IMG/VR virus record: IMGVR_UViG_3300048687_000070
Location: 24,185 to 88,184 of that record
From: a virus
Direction: 5' to 3' (one strand)
DNA length: 64,000 nucleotides
Within the stretch, counting starts at the first letter, position 1; every line of letters begins with the position of its first letter. Below, piece after piece: positions 26,472 through 36,621 of the stretch. Both the position numbers and the translations under genes were made by a program. A model generated the notes under the pieces. It did no database searches. It saw only the letters and a list, made by a program, of their open reading frames with translations, and was not told the origin of the DNA.

Positions 26472-28393
26472 AAATCCAGGTCACCGGCGAAACCACCGCC
26501 GACGAGATCACCGTCAACGGCGGCAAGCCCTCCACCGTCATCGAAGTCGCCGCCGGGCTCGTCTCCTCCGTCAACGGGCGCACCGGCGGAGTCGACGGCC
26601 TCGCCGAAACCGCCGCCATCCCCGGCATCGCCGCCGACGTCGCCACCGGCATCAGCGACGCCGCGGTCGGCGCCCACAACGGGCAGACCGCAGGCGTGCA
26701 TGGCATCCCCGACACGACGGCGCTCCTCACCGCCGTCCCGTTCGACGACGACGCCATCCGCGACATCACCGCCAACTCGCAGGCGGGCACCAGTAGTCAT
26801 GCGGCCCGCGCCGACCACACACATGGCGGAGGCGGCGGGAGCGGCCTCACCGGCGTCTACGACGTCACCCGCGGGCCGTACAACGCTGTCGGCAACGGCA
26901 GCCACGACGACCTCGATGCGATCCAGGACGCGCTCGACGACGCGTATGCAGCCGGCGGCGGCATCGTCTACCTGCCGCCCGGACGCACCTACGCGATCAG
27001 CGACTACCTGCACATCCTCACCGGGACGACGGTCCTAGCGCACGGGGCCACCATCAAGGGCATCGCCAACCGCGGCCTCGTGAAGCTGTTCCGGGACTCG
27101 GAGACGACGACGACCGGCTACAACGGGCACTCCCGGATCCGGATCCGTGGCGGTATCTGGGACGTCAACGCCGCCAACGCGGGCGTCGGCACGGTCACGG
27201 CGATCGTCGACGGATTCCTGATGGGCCACAACAACGACGTGCTCTTCGACGGCGTCACCGTGCGAAACGTGTCCGGCGCGCACGGCATCGACATGACTGC
27301 CTCGCAGAACGTGCGGATCATCGGCTGCCGCTTCGAAGGGTTCAAAGACAACACCAGCGACCAGTCCTCCAGCTTCCGTGAGGCGATCCAGCTCGACTAC
27401 GCGATGACCGGCTCTGGTATCAACGGCGCCTTCGACAACACGCCTTCGCGGAACGTGTACATCGAGGGCTGCTACTTCGGGCCGTCCTCCCGCCTCGGCG
27501 GCTTCGGGCGTGCGGTCGGCTCCCACACCAGCGTCAGCGCGACCGTCTGGTGCGAGAACATCCACATCCGTGGCTGCCGCATCGAAGCCACCACGCAAGA
27601 GGGCATCCGTGCCTACGCGTGGCGCAACGCCGTCATCGCCGACAACATCATCTCCGGAACCGGCCTCTCCGGAATCATGGTCACCGGGCCCGACCCGGCC
27701 GTCGCCGGATACGCCAACCTGTGCCAGAACATCAGCGTCGACAACAACACCGTCGCCGCACCCGGCTCCGCCAGCGGCAGCCCCATCCGCGTCACCGGAT
27801 ACGCCACCGCCCGGCCCACCGGCATCACCATCACCCGCAACACCGTGACCGGATCCCTGTCGACCGGCATCTACGTGTCCCAGGCCGACACCCCGCAGAT
27901 CGCCACCAACCGAATCCTGGCCTGCACCAGCAGCAGCATCTACGCGATCAACAGCGCCGCTCCGCACATCGCGACCAACCATGTCAACGGAGCTGGCGGT
28001 GCCAGCATCGGCGTCGACACCTGCACCGGCGGACACGTCACCGGCAACGACGTCGAAGGCGCCGGAGGCCACGGCATCCTCATCGCCGGCGCCTCCAACG
28101 TCAGCGTCGCCACCAACCGCGTCGTCGGCGCCATCGGATCAGGCATCCGGGCTGCAGGCACCGGCACGGTCCGGCCCCGGATCATCGGCAACACCATCCT
28201 CCGGAACGGCGTCGCCGCCACCTTCGGGCTCGACGTCGCCGCCTCGGCCACCGACGCCCTGGTCATCAACAACGACCTCACCGGCTCGACATGGCCCGGC
28301 AGCACCGCCTACAACCTGGTCGGCACCCGGCAAATCCTCGACTGGACAGGCGCCGTAGGCGTCACCGCCCCCGGCCAGAACCTCGCCAGCTAG
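26468..28393 (+). CDS. Right-handed beta-helix (pectate-lyase-like) tailspike/depolymerase
   Basis: VYDV...AVGNGSHDD..AIQDALD...GGGIVYLPPG..Y followed by parallel beta-helix repeats. Confidence 0.85.
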   Translation: MKIQVTGETTADEITVNGGKPSTVIEVAAGLVSSVNGRTGGVDGLAETAAIPGIAADVATGISDAAVGAHNGQTAGVHGIPDTTALLTAVPFDDDAIRDITANSQAGTSSHAARADHTHGGGGGSGLTGVYDVTRGPYNAVGNGSHDDLDAIQDALDDAYAAGGGIVYLPPGRTYAISDYLHILTGTTVLAHGATIKGIANRGLVKLFRDSETTTTGYNGHSRIRIRGGIWDVNAANAGVGTVTAIVDGFLMGHNNDVLFDGVTVRNVSGAHGIDMTASQNVRIIGCRFEGFKDNTSDQSSSFREAIQLDYAMTGSGINGAFDNTPSRNVYIEGCYFGPSSRLGGFGRAVGSHTSVSATVWCENIHIRGCRIEATTQEGIRAYAWRNAVIADNIISGTGLSGIMVTGPDPAVAGYANLCQNISVDNNTVAAPGSASGSPIRVTGYATARPTGITITRNTVTGSLSTGIYVSQADTPQIATNRILACTSSSIYAINSAAPHIATNHVNGAGGASIGVDTCTGGHVTGNDVEGAGGHGILIAGASNVSVATNRVVGAIGSGIRAAGTGTVRPRIIGNTILRNGVAATFGLDVAASATDALVINNDLTGSTWPGSTAYNLVGTRQILDWTGAVGVTAPGQNLAS

Positions 28394-28403
28394 GAGACCC
28401 GTC

Positions 28404-28736
28404 ATGCCCCGCACCACACTCACCGCCGTCCAGGCTTCGCGCGCGGGCACGACGCTCCCGACCGCGACCGCGGGCGATGCTGTCAACGGCAATCAGATCA
28501 ACAACGACGGCCGCGTCGTCCTCATCGTCAAGAACACCAACGCGGCCACGACCGCACGCACGATCACCTTTGCGACCACGGTGAAGGTCGACGGGCTCAC
28601 CGCACCCACCCGCAGCGAGACCATCCCCGCAGGCGAGACCCAGGCGTTCGGGCTGTTCCCGCCCAACGACTACGGCACCGTGCTCCAGATCAACGTCGAC
28701 AACGCCGAGCTCACCATCAGCGCCATCCACGTGTGA
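28404..28736 (+). CDS. Putative virion structural protein
   Basis: AGGAG RBS; Thr/Ala-rich beta protein. Confidence 0.65.
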   Translation: MPRTTLTAVQASRAGTTLPTATAGDAVNGNQINNDGRVVLIVKNTNAATTARTITFATTVKVDGLTAPTRSETIPAGETQAFGLFPPNDYGTVLQINVDNAELTISAIHV

Positions 28737-28827
28737 GCGACAGGAACGTTACGACCCTGCCACAGGCGTACCCGCGTGTGCGCGATGCCTCTACTCTCCC
28801 TATGTCAACAGGACATTGGGGGGATTC

Positions 28828-29004
28828 ATGGCAAAGATCAGAACACGGCAGAAGATGGGATGGATCGCGATCACGTTCCACTGGACGATGATCGTATGCA
28901 CTGTGGGGCTCTGGACGCCCATCTACCTGGCTGCACGCAGAAGGCGCGTCACCATCACACAGATCCCCAACGGATACCAAGGGCCCGTACCGCCCATGCG
29001 CTAG
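28828..29004 (+). CDS. Small membrane protein (moron-like)
   Basis: FHWTMIVCTVGLWTPIYL TM segment; lower GC than flanks. Confidence 0.6.
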   Translation: MAKIRTRQKMGWIAITFHWTMIVCTVGLWTPIYLAARRRRVTITQIPNGYQGPVPPMR

Positions 29005-29027
29005 GCGACGTACAGGTGGGGTGACTG

Positions 29028-29411
29028 ATGCCCGTTGCCCCGCCTACACGATGTTGCATCGCTGCATGCCATGAGCTGGCCATCAAGCGTGGTCGATGTG
29101 AGGAGCATCAGCCTGAGCCATGGGCTGATCGCCCCTCGCCTCAAGAGCGTTACGGCATGAGCAGTGGCACGATGCGCGCACTCAAGGCCAGGGTCATGCA
29201 GCGTGATCACGGATGCTGCTATGTGTGCGGCGGCGAGGACGCCGACGAGCTGGAACACAAGATCCCCGTGAGCCAGGGCGGAGCCGCACGTGACCTCGAC
29301 AACCTCGGACTGATCCACTCCGAGCCCTGCCACCGCGAGAAGACCGCGCGCGAAGCCCTCGAAGGCAGCCGGCGCGCCCGCGCCAAGCGCGCGACCCGAT
29401 CCCGGGGGTAG
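29028..29411 (+). CDS. HNH endonuclease (cos-packaging associated)
   Basis: RDHGCCYVCG...EHKIPVSQGG...NLGLIH..CHREKT; immediately before terS. Confidence 0.9.
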   Translation: MPVAPPTRCCIAACHELAIKRGRCEEHQPEPWADRPSPQERYGMSSGTMRALKARVMQRDHGCCYVCGGEDADELEHKIPVSQGGAARDLDNLGLIHSEPCHREKTAREALEGSRRARAKRATRSRG

Positions 29412-29533
29412 GGGAGTCAAAATCACGGCGCAAGATCACTGGGGGACCGACGCGGCCAGTCAGGATGGCGCGCGCTCACTACGTACATAAGGGGCAGGCC
29501 TCCGACCTGCGGCGATGCCGAGGGGAGACGATC
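29412..29533. other. Probable cos region
   Basis: Intergenic gap between HNH and a P27-type terS, the usual cos position; exact overhang not determined. Confidence 0.45.
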
Positions 29534-29998
29534 ATGCCTCGTACCGCCAAGCCGGCGACCCTGAAGTTGATCGAGGGCCGGGCGGTCGGCCGGGACTCCG
29601 GGGGCCGCAAGGTCGAGAAGGGGCCGGCCTTCAAGCGGGTCCCGCCGGAGGCCCCGGAGTGGCTGTCCGAGGAGGCGGCCGCGGAGTGGGAGCGGGTGAT
29701 GCCGGAGCTGTCCCGCCTGGATCTGGTGAAGGAGTCGGACCGGGCGGCCCTGGCGTCCTACTGCGAGGCGTGGGCGACGTTCCGCGAGGCGACGGAGACG
29801 GTTCAACGCGACGGTCTGACGATCGAGGCGCGGCAGGGAACGCTCGCGCACCCTGCGGTGGCGATCGCCCGCGCGGCGGGCCGCGAAGTGCGGTCGTGGG
29901 CGGCGCACTTCGGGCTGACTCCGTCGACGGAGCAGGCTCTGGCGCGAAGCGGGGGCGACGATGGCGACGAAGCGAACCCGTTCGCCGGCTCCGGCTGA
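29534..29998 (+). CDS. terS: Terminase small subunit (P27 family)
   Basis: KPATLKLIEG, PEWLSEEAAAEW, LASYCEAW, HPAV, FGLTPS. Confidence 0.9.
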   Translation: MPRTAKPATLKLIEGRAVGRDSGGRKVEKGPAFKRVPPEAPEWLSEEAAAEWERVMPELSRLDLVKESDRAALASYCEAWATFREATETVQRDGLTIEARQGTLAHPAVAIARAAGREVRSWAAHFGLTPSTEQALARSGGDDGDEANPFAGSG

Positions 29999-31682
29999 GC
30001 TGGGGATCAGTGCCGAGGTCGCCTGGTACATGAAGGAGCGGGGTATCCCGCTGCCGGACTGCCCGCCGAAGGTGCAGACCCCGAATCCGGGCGAGGCGCC
30101 GGGTGCGGTGTTCGATCCGGCGAAGGTGGACCGGGTACTGACGTCGTTCCATCTGCTGCGGCACACGCAGGGCAAGTGGGCGGGCAAGCCGCTGGATCCG
30201 GATCCGTGGCAGGTGGCCTATGTGCTTGCGCCCGTCTTCGGGTGGGTGCGCTGGGACGACGAGGCCGAGGGCTACGTGCGGATCGTCCGCAAACTGTACG
30301 TGGACGTGCCACGGCGTAACGGTAAGACGACGCTGTCGGGAGGCATCGCCGTCTACCTGATGGCGGCGGACTCCGAGCCGGGCGCCCAGGTGTACGCCGC
30401 GGCGACCAGCGAGAAGCAGGCCCGGTACACGTTCGACCCGATCAAGACGATCGCGGAGCGGGCGCCGGCGTTGAAGGGCAACGTCAAGGCGTACACGAAG
30501 AAGATCACGCACCCGGCGTCGGGCTCATACTTCACGGTGGTCTCGTCGGTGGCGGAGGCCCTGCATGGGGCGAATGTCCACGGTGGCATCATCGACGAGC
30601 TGCACGTCCACAAGAGCCCGGATCTCGTCGAGACGATCGAGACGGGCACCGGCTCCAGGCGTCAGCCTCTCGTGGTGATCATCACGACGGCGGATGAGGG
30701 CAAGCAGGAGTCGATCTACGACCGGAAGCGGCAGTACATCGAGCAGCTGGCCCGCGGCTCCCTGCACGACCTGGACACCTACGGCGTGGTGTGGGGCGCG
30801 GACGAGGACGACAATCCTCACGACGAGGCGACCTGGCGCAAGGCGAACCCCGGCTACGGCGTATCCCCTTCGGCCGCGTACCTGCGCGGCGCGTCCGCCG
30901 AGGCCCAGCAGTCGCCCGCGGACCTGGCGAAGTTTCTGCGCCTGCACTTGGGTATCCGCACCAAGCAGTCGACGCGCTTCCTGATGATGGACTCCTGGGA
31001 CAACAACGCGGGCCTCGTCGACGAGGAGGCGCTGCGCGGCCGGGACACCTGGGGCGGCCTCGACCTCGCGTCGACGTCCGACCTGTGCGCGCTGTGCTGG
31101 CTGTTCCCGGACGACGAGACGGGAACGCTGGATGCGCTGTGGCGGTTCTGGACACCGGAGGACAACCTCAAGGCGCTGGACAAGCGCACCGCGGGCGCGG
31201 CGACGAAGTGGGTGCGGCAGGGCTACCTGACGACAACGCCCGGCAACGTCGCCGACTACGACTTCATCGTCGAGCAGATCAAGCGCGACCGGGACGCGTT
31301 CACGGTGAAGAGCATCGGCTACGACCCCTGGAACGCCTCGCAGTTGACGAACACACTGGTCGCGGAGCGGGCGCCGATGGTGAAGGTCCGGCAGGGCTTC
31401 GCCACCATGAGCCCGGTCTTGAAGGAGATTCAACGGCTGGTGCTGCAGGGCACCCCGCGGGCTCCGGCGTTGCGGCACGGCGGCCATCCGGTGGTGCGCT
31501 GGTGCGTCGACAACCTTGCCGTGACCATGGACCCGGCGGGCAATGTGAAGCCCGACAAGGCCAACTCGGGTGACAAGATCGATGGCGTGTCTGCGCTGGC
31601 CACCGCCATGGCAGAGATCGTGGCCCGGCCCCCGAAGCGGCGTTCCGCATACGAGGACGCCGACGAAATGATGATCGTGTGA
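29961..31682 (+). CDS. terL: Terminase large subunit
   Basis: VPRRNGKTT, IIDELH, ITTA, GGLDLASTSD, KIDGVSA. Confidence 0.95.
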   Translation: MATKRTRSPAPAELGISAEVAWYMKERGIPLPDCPPKVQTPNPGEAPGAVFDPAKVDRVLTSFHLLRHTQGKWAGKPLDPDPWQVAYVLAPVFGWVRWDDEAEGYVRIVRKLYVDVPRRNGKTTLSGGIAVYLMAADSEPGAQVYAAATSEKQARYTFDPIKTIAERAPALKGNVKAYTKKITHPASGSYFTVVSSVAEALHGANVHGGIIDELHVHKSPDLVETIETGTGSRRQPLVVIITTADEGKQESIYDRKRQYIEQLARGSLHDLDTYGVVWGADEDDNPHDEATWRKANPGYGVSPSAAYLRGASAEAQQSPADLAKFLRLHLGIRTKQSTRFLMMDSWDNNAGLVDEEALRGRDTWGGLDLASTSDLCALCWLFPDDETGTLDALWRFWTPEDNLKALDKRTAGAATKWVRQGYLTTTPGNVADYDFIVEQIKRDRDAFTVKSIGYDPWNASQLTNTLVAERAPMVKVRQGFATMSPVLKEIQRLVLQGTPRAPALRHGGHPVVRWCVDNLAVTMDPAGNVKPDKANSGDKIDGVSALATAMAEIVARPPKRRSAYEDADEMMIV

Positions 31683-31694
31683 CGGGGGTGGGCT

Positions 31695-31913
31695 GTGTTC
31701 GCGTGGCGTCGTACCGCAGTGCGTAAGCGGGTTGTGGTGAACCTGGCGGACAAGGCTTTCTCCGGGGTGCTGTGGGCGCAGCGCGGCCCGCTCCTGGTCC
31801 TGCGCGACGTGGAACTGCTGGAGGCCGGCCGGGAGGCTGCGCGGGTGGATGGCGAGGTCGTCGTGGAGCGGTCCCGCATCGAGTTCACCCAGGTGCTGGC
31901 GGGCGGTGGCTGA
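31695..31913 (+). CDS. Small Sm-like hypothetical protein between terL and portal
   Basis: VVVNL..KAFSGVL..LVLRDVE; coupled to portal. Confidence 0.7.
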   Translation: MFAWRRTAVRKRVVVNLADKAFSGVLWAQRGPLLVLRDVELLEAGREAARVDGEVVVERSRIEFTQVLAGGG

Positions 31914-33847
31914 TGGCGTTCGTGGTGTCCTCTGGGCAGATGCAGCTGACGGGTGCGGGGTCGCTGCTGTCGTATGGGGCGGCGTCGCCGCTGTCGCAGG
32001 CATCGTGGGAATACGCGGCGATGTGGCGGGCTCAGCCGCAGGTGCGCACGGTGGTCAACTTCCTGGCCAGGAACATTGCGCAGCTCGGCCTGCACACGTA
32101 CCGCCGGGTGTCGGACACGGACCGGCAGCGCCTGACGGATCATCCTGTGGCGCAGCTCCTCGGCGAGCCGCTGCCACGGGTGACGACATACCGGCTCATT
32201 GAGCGCCTGATCTCGGATCTGGCGATCTACGACGAGGCGTACTGGATCAAATGGAATCGTGACGGCCGCCGACTGCTGCTCCCGGTCCCGCCCACGCTGA
32301 TCCGCCCCTCTGAGGGCAACTGGGTCGCACCCAAGGAGTACGTGACGGCCGGCGGGATCAAGTTCGATCCGGAGCAGGTCGTGCACTTCCACGGCTATTC
32401 GCCGGAGGATCTAGTCGTCGGGGCCTCGCCGTTGGATGCCCTGCGTGCGCTGCTCCTTGAGGAGAGCGAGTCGACGAAGCAGCGGGCCGCGATGTGGCGC
32501 AACGGCGCCCGCGCGACCGGTGTGCTGGTGCGTCCCGCGGATGCCGAACCGTGGTCGCCGGAGGCGAAGCGGCGGTTCGGTGAGATGTGGCGGACGTTCT
32601 CGCAGGGGGGTGGCGCCGAGGGCGGTACGCCGATCCTTGAGGACGGCATGACGTATGACCAGATCGCGATCGATCCGCAGCGCGCCCAGTACATCGAGTC
32701 CCGCAAGCTGTCGCGCGAGGAGGTCGCTGCGGCCTACCACATTCCTCCGCCGCTGGTCGGGATCCTGGATCACGCGACGTACTCGAACATCACCGAGCAG
32801 CACAAGATTCTCTATCAGGACACGCTCGGCCCTTGGCTGACGATGGTGCAGCAGGAGGTTTCGGCGAACCTGCTCTCCGACCTGCCGGACAGCAAGGACG
32901 TCTACGTCGAGTTCAACATCGCGGAGAAAATGCGCGGGAGCTTCGAGGAGCAGGCCGCCGCCGCGTCGACGGCGACGGGCGGGCCGTGGATGACCCGCAA
33001 TGAGCAGCGCGCCCGGTTCAATCTGCCGCAACTGCCGGACGGCGACGAGCTGATCACGCCGATGAACGTCACCGAGGGCGGGATGGCATCACCTCGGGAC
33101 ACCGCGCCGGAGCCTGACGCACTCCCAAAAGCGCGAGCCCGGCAGGTGACCACCAAGGCCGGGCAGCCTTCGGAGGCGTCTCCGCTCGATGACCTGCGCG
33201 AGCAGTTCGCGACGGAGCTCGGTGGTCTCACCGACGCGCAGTTCGCCGACCTTGTCGAGTCGGCGCCGGGTGGCGTGGATACGGTGAGGGCCTGGTGGGA
33301 GAGCGGGCGCGCGGTGCGCCAGGCCCGCTTCCTGAAGGTCATCAACGACTACATGGTCCGCGCTGGCCTGCTTGCAGCGCGCCGCGTCCTGGATGAGTTC
33401 AACGCGTCCGGAGATGGCTGGTCCGCAGAGGTGATGGATCCCTGGCTGGCCGCGGCGGCACTGCACCACGCGGAACTGCATGACGCGGCCGGCCAGCAGG
33501 CGGCGGTGGAGGCGGCCGAAGCCCCGACCGAGGAGGGCGGCATCGCGGGCGCCCTGCTTCTGGCCGGCGGCCTGTGGGCGCTGGCCGCACTGCGGCGCAG
33601 CGAGACCGCGGTGACCGAGGCGGTGTCCTTCGGTGGTCACGATGCCGCGACGGCGTCCGGACTGAGCCACAAGGAGTGGCACACGACGAGCGGTCATCCC
33701 CGCTCGCAGCATGCCGCCTTGAACGGGGAGAAGGTCCCCGTCGACGCCCTGTTCTCCAACGGGCTGCGTTGGCCCGGCGATGCGACGGGCGATGCGGATG
33801 AGACAGCGAACTGCCGCTGCGTATTGACGTATTCACTGACGGAGTAG
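31913..33847 (+). CDS. HK97-type portal fused to a MuF/minor-head-like C-terminal domain
   Basis: GASPL, NGA, ILEDGM, EVAAAYHIPP, YSNITEQ, WMTRNEQR; C-terminal KEW...R..HAALNG...FSNGLRWPGD...NCRC. Confidence 0.9.
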   Translation: MAFVVSSGQMQLTGAGSLLSYGAASPLSQASWEYAAMWRAQPQVRTVVNFLARNIAQLGLHTYRRVSDTDRQRLTDHPVAQLLGEPLPRVTTYRLIERLISDLAIYDEAYWIKWNRDGRRLLLPVPPTLIRPSEGNWVAPKEYVTAGGIKFDPEQVVHFHGYSPEDLVVGASPLDALRALLLEESESTKQRAAMWRNGARATGVLVRPADAEPWSPEAKRRFGEMWRTFSQGGGAEGGTPILEDGMTYDQIAIDPQRAQYIESRKLSREEVAAAYHIPPPLVGILDHATYSNITEQHKILYQDTLGPWLTMVQQEVSANLLSDLPDSKDVYVEFNIAEKMRGSFEEQAAAASTATGGPWMTRNEQRARFNLPQLPDGDELITPMNVTEGGMASPRDTAPEPDALPKARARQVTTKAGQPSEASPLDDLREQFATELGGLTDAQFADLVESAPGGVDTVRAWWESGRAVRQARFLKVINDYMVRAGLLAARRVLDEFNASGDGWSAEVMDPWLAAAALHHAELHDAAGQQAAVEAAEAPTEEGGIAGALLLAGGLWALAALRRSETAVTEAVSFGGHDAATASGLSHKEWHTTSGHPRSQHAALNGEKVPVDALFSNGLRWPGDATGDADETANCRCVLTYSLTE

Positions 33848-33849
33848 CC

Positions 33850-34737
33850 ATGCGGATCAAATCCTGCCCGGTGCGGATCAAGGCCGCGGGCACCCATGAA
33901 GGCACCGACGAGGGCGTGTTCGAGGCCATCGTCGCCGCCTACAACCTGGACAGCGTCGGCGACAAGATCGCGCCGGGCGCATTCGCCGAGACCCTCGCCG
34001 AGTGGAAGGGGCGCGGCGACCCGATCCCGGTCCTGTGGTCGCACATGTCCCACGACCCCGAGTACCACATCGGCTACGTCGAGGATGCCGAGGAGCGCCC
34101 TGAGGGCCTGTGGGTGAAGGCCCGCATCGACCTCGACGAGGGCACGAAGGCCGCCCAGGTCTACAAGCTGATGAAGGGCCGCCGGGTCACCCAGTTCTCC
34201 TTCGCCTACGACGTGGAAGAGGGCTCCTGGGTCGACGAGAAGGAAGGCCCCGGCCACTACGAGCTGCGCAAGCTGAAGCTGTACGAGGTGGGCCCGACAC
34301 TGATCGGAGCCAATCAGGCCACCGAGCTGCTGGACGTGAAGTCCGCGGCCGGTGCCTCTCTGCGCATCGCCATGGACGGCGCGACCACGCAGTTCGCCGA
34401 CGAGGCGTGCACGGCCGTCGAGAAGGCCATGGACGACCACCTCACGCACGTGCGCGAGGCCGTGACCGCGGCCATCGACGCCAAGGCTGGCAGGACGCTG
34501 TCGGCCGCCAACGAGGAACGCGTTCGTGAGATCGCGCGCCTTTCCACGGAGCTGCTGGACTCCCTGCCCTCCAGCACCGAAGACGCCGAGAAGGCCACGC
34601 CGACCCCGCCTGAGTCCGCCTCGCCGCAGGAGCCTGCGGCCAAGGCCGACGAGCAGGCCCGGCCCGGAACCGCCTCGCTCCGTCTGCGCACCGACATCGA
34701 GGTTTTCGCCCTCGGTGCCTCCACGCTCACGGACTGA
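33850..34737 (+). CDS. HK97-family prohead protease
   Basis: DSVGDKIAPGAF, PVLWSH, FSFAYDV, LYEVGP..GAN. Confidence 0.9.
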   Translation: MRIKSCPVRIKAAGTHEGTDEGVFEAIVAAYNLDSVGDKIAPGAFAETLAEWKGRGDPIPVLWSHMSHDPEYHIGYVEDAEERPEGLWVKARIDLDEGTKAAQVYKLMKGRRVTQFSFAYDVEEGSWVDEKEGPGHYELRKLKLYEVGPTLIGANQATELLDVKSAAGASLRIAMDGATTQFADEACTAVEKAMDDHLTHVREAVTAAIDAKAGRTLSAANEERVREIARLSTELLDSLPSSTEDAEKATPTPPESASPQEPAAKADEQARPGTASLRLRTDIEVFALGASTLTD

Positions 34738-34746
34738 GGAGACTCA

Positions 34747-36057
34747 ATGAGCAAGGTCAAGGAGCTCACGGACGAGCTCACGCATCACTTGAAGGCCCTG
34801 CAGGACATCTCGGCGAAGACCGAGGAAGAGAACCGGGACTTCACCGACGAGGAGCGTTCGCTCGTCGTCGAGCACATGGAAAAGGCCAAGGCCGCCAAGG
34901 AGTCTCTGACCCAGGCCAAGGCGGACGGCGACATGCTGAAGGCCATCGCCGAGCTCGGTGACAGCATCGGTGTCACCGAGACCAAGAGCGAGAAGCGCAC
35001 CCCGTCCGGGCTGATCGTGCCCGAGCGCAAGAGCGTTGGCGAGCACTACGTCGACTCGCCGGAGTACAAGAGCCTGCTGGCCACCGCCCCCAACGGAGGG
35101 TTCGGCGCCAAGCAGCGCGTGCAGTCCCTGCCGACCGGGTTCAAGAGCCTGGTCACCGGCACCTCGGACACCTCCGGCGGCGCGTTCGTGCAGAACGACT
35201 ACCTCGGCCTGCAGGTCGCCGCAGACGCCTTCCAGCGCCCGCTGACCCTGCGCGACGTCGTCACGTCCGGCACGACGACGTCCGACACCGTCGAGTACGT
35301 GCGGATGACCAGCTACACCAACAACGCGGCCCCGGTGGCGGAGGCCACGTCGTCGGCAGCCCCGACGGCTCCGGGCGGAGCGGGCGCCCTGGTCAACAAC
35401 GCGGGGGGCGGCTACAAGCCGGAGTCGGCGCTGGCCGCGGCGAAGGTCACCACGCCGGTCCGCACGATCGCCCACTGGATCCCGATCACGAAACGGGCCC
35501 TGTCGGACGCCGCGCAGATCCGCACCCTCATCGACGCCTTCCTCCGCTACGGCCTGGAGGAGGAGCTCGAAGACCAGATGATCGGCGGTGACGGCACCGG
35601 CGAGAACTTCGAGGGCCTCGGCAACGTGTCAGGCGTGCAGGCGCAGGCCTGGGACACCAACGCGCTCACCACGCTACGCAAGGCCAAGACGAAGGTCCGC
35701 CTCGTCGGCCGCTCGCTGGCCAACGCCTACCTGCTCAACCCGGCCGACCTGGAGTCCATCGACCTCCTGCAGGACAACGAGGCCCGCTACTACTTCGGCG
35801 GCCCTGCCGGCGTCGGCACTGCAGGCACCCTGTGGGGCCTGCCGGTCATCGAGACCGAGGCCGTCCCCTCAGGCGTCGGCTACGTCGGCGACTTCCGCAA
35901 GGCGATCCTGTGGGACCGCGAGCAGGCATCGATCAGCGTCACCGACAGCCACGCCGACTTCTTCGTCCGCAACCTCGTCGCGATCCTCGCCGAGATGCGG
36001 GCCGCGTTCGGCGTCATCCAGCCCAACGCCTTCGTCGAGGTCGACCTCACCGCCTAA
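34747..36057 (+). CDS. Major capsid protein (HK97 fold)
   Basis: Coiled-coil delta domain, KPES, TIAHWIPIT..LSDA, GDF, FVRNLVAILAEMR. Confidence 0.95.
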   Translation: MSKVKELTDELTHHLKALQDISAKTEEENRDFTDEERSLVVEHMEKAKAAKESLTQAKADGDMLKAIAELGDSIGVTETKSEKRTPSGLIVPERKSVGEHYVDSPEYKSLLATAPNGGFGAKQRVQSLPTGFKSLVTGTSDTSGGAFVQNDYLGLQVAADAFQRPLTLRDVVTSGTTTSDTVEYVRMTSYTNNAAPVAEATSSAAPTAPGGAGALVNNAGGGYKPESALAAAKVTTPVRTIAHWIPITKRALSDAAQIRTLIDAFLRYGLEEELEDQMIGGDGTGENFEGLGNVSGVQAQAWDTNALTTLRKAKTKVRLVGRSLANAYLLNPADLESIDLLQDNEARYYFGGPAGVGTAGTLWGLPVIETEAVPSGVGYVGDFRKAILWDREQASISVTDSHADFFVRNLVAILAEMRAAFGVIQPNAFVEVDLTA

Positions 36058-36067
36058 GGAGGCTGAC

Positions 36068-36280
36068 ATGACGTACCTGAATGCAGCCGCCGGCGCGGCC
36101 CGGGAGGGCAAGCAGACGGCGGCCGTCGCCGACGCAGGCGCGGCGACCTCGGTTGTCGCCGCTGGGGCCAACCCGACGAAGGCCGAGTACGACGCGCTGC
36201 GTGCCGACTATCTGGCGCTGCGCACCAAGGTCAACGCGCTGCTGGCGGCGATGCGCACGTCCGGCCAGCTCGCGCCGTGA
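36068..36280 (+). CDS. Head decoration/fibre-like protein
   Basis: PTKAEYDALR..LRTKVNALLAAMR. Confidence 0.65.
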   Translation: MTYLNAAAGAAREGKQTAAVADAGAATSVVAAGANPTKAEYDALRADYLALRTKVNALLAAMRTSGQLAP

Positions 36281-36621
36281 CGCTCATCAACTCGCGGATG
36301 GTTCGAGGGCGGTGTCCGTGCGGCGCCGAGCATGCGGCGTGCGGTCCGCCCTCCACCAGTCAGCCGGTCCTCGAACATCTGGAGGTGGCCGCCGTGGGCG
36401 GACCGCTGAAGAAGTACACCGTCACCTCGGCCAGCGGCGTCGAAACGGTCATGAAGCTCAACCAGGCCGACGCCCGATTCCATGGCGTCCTGGGCGAGCC
36501 GGAGCCTGCTCCTGTCGCAGGCGAGGGCGAAGAGAAGGCCCCCGTGAAGAAGCGCGCCACCAGCAACAAGGCCCGGACCGCGGCCAACAAGGACGGCGGT
36601 ACGAACGGTGGCGACGACTGA
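36277..36621 (+). CDS. Hypothetical head-region protein
   Basis: Position; basic tail NKARTAANK. Start may lie further downstream. Confidence 0.55.
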   Translation: MTLINSRMVRGRCPCGAEHAACGPPSTSQPVLEHLEVAAVGGPLKKYTVTSASGVETVMKLNQADARFHGVLGEPEPAPVAGEGEEKAPVKKRATSNKARTAANKDGGTNGGDD

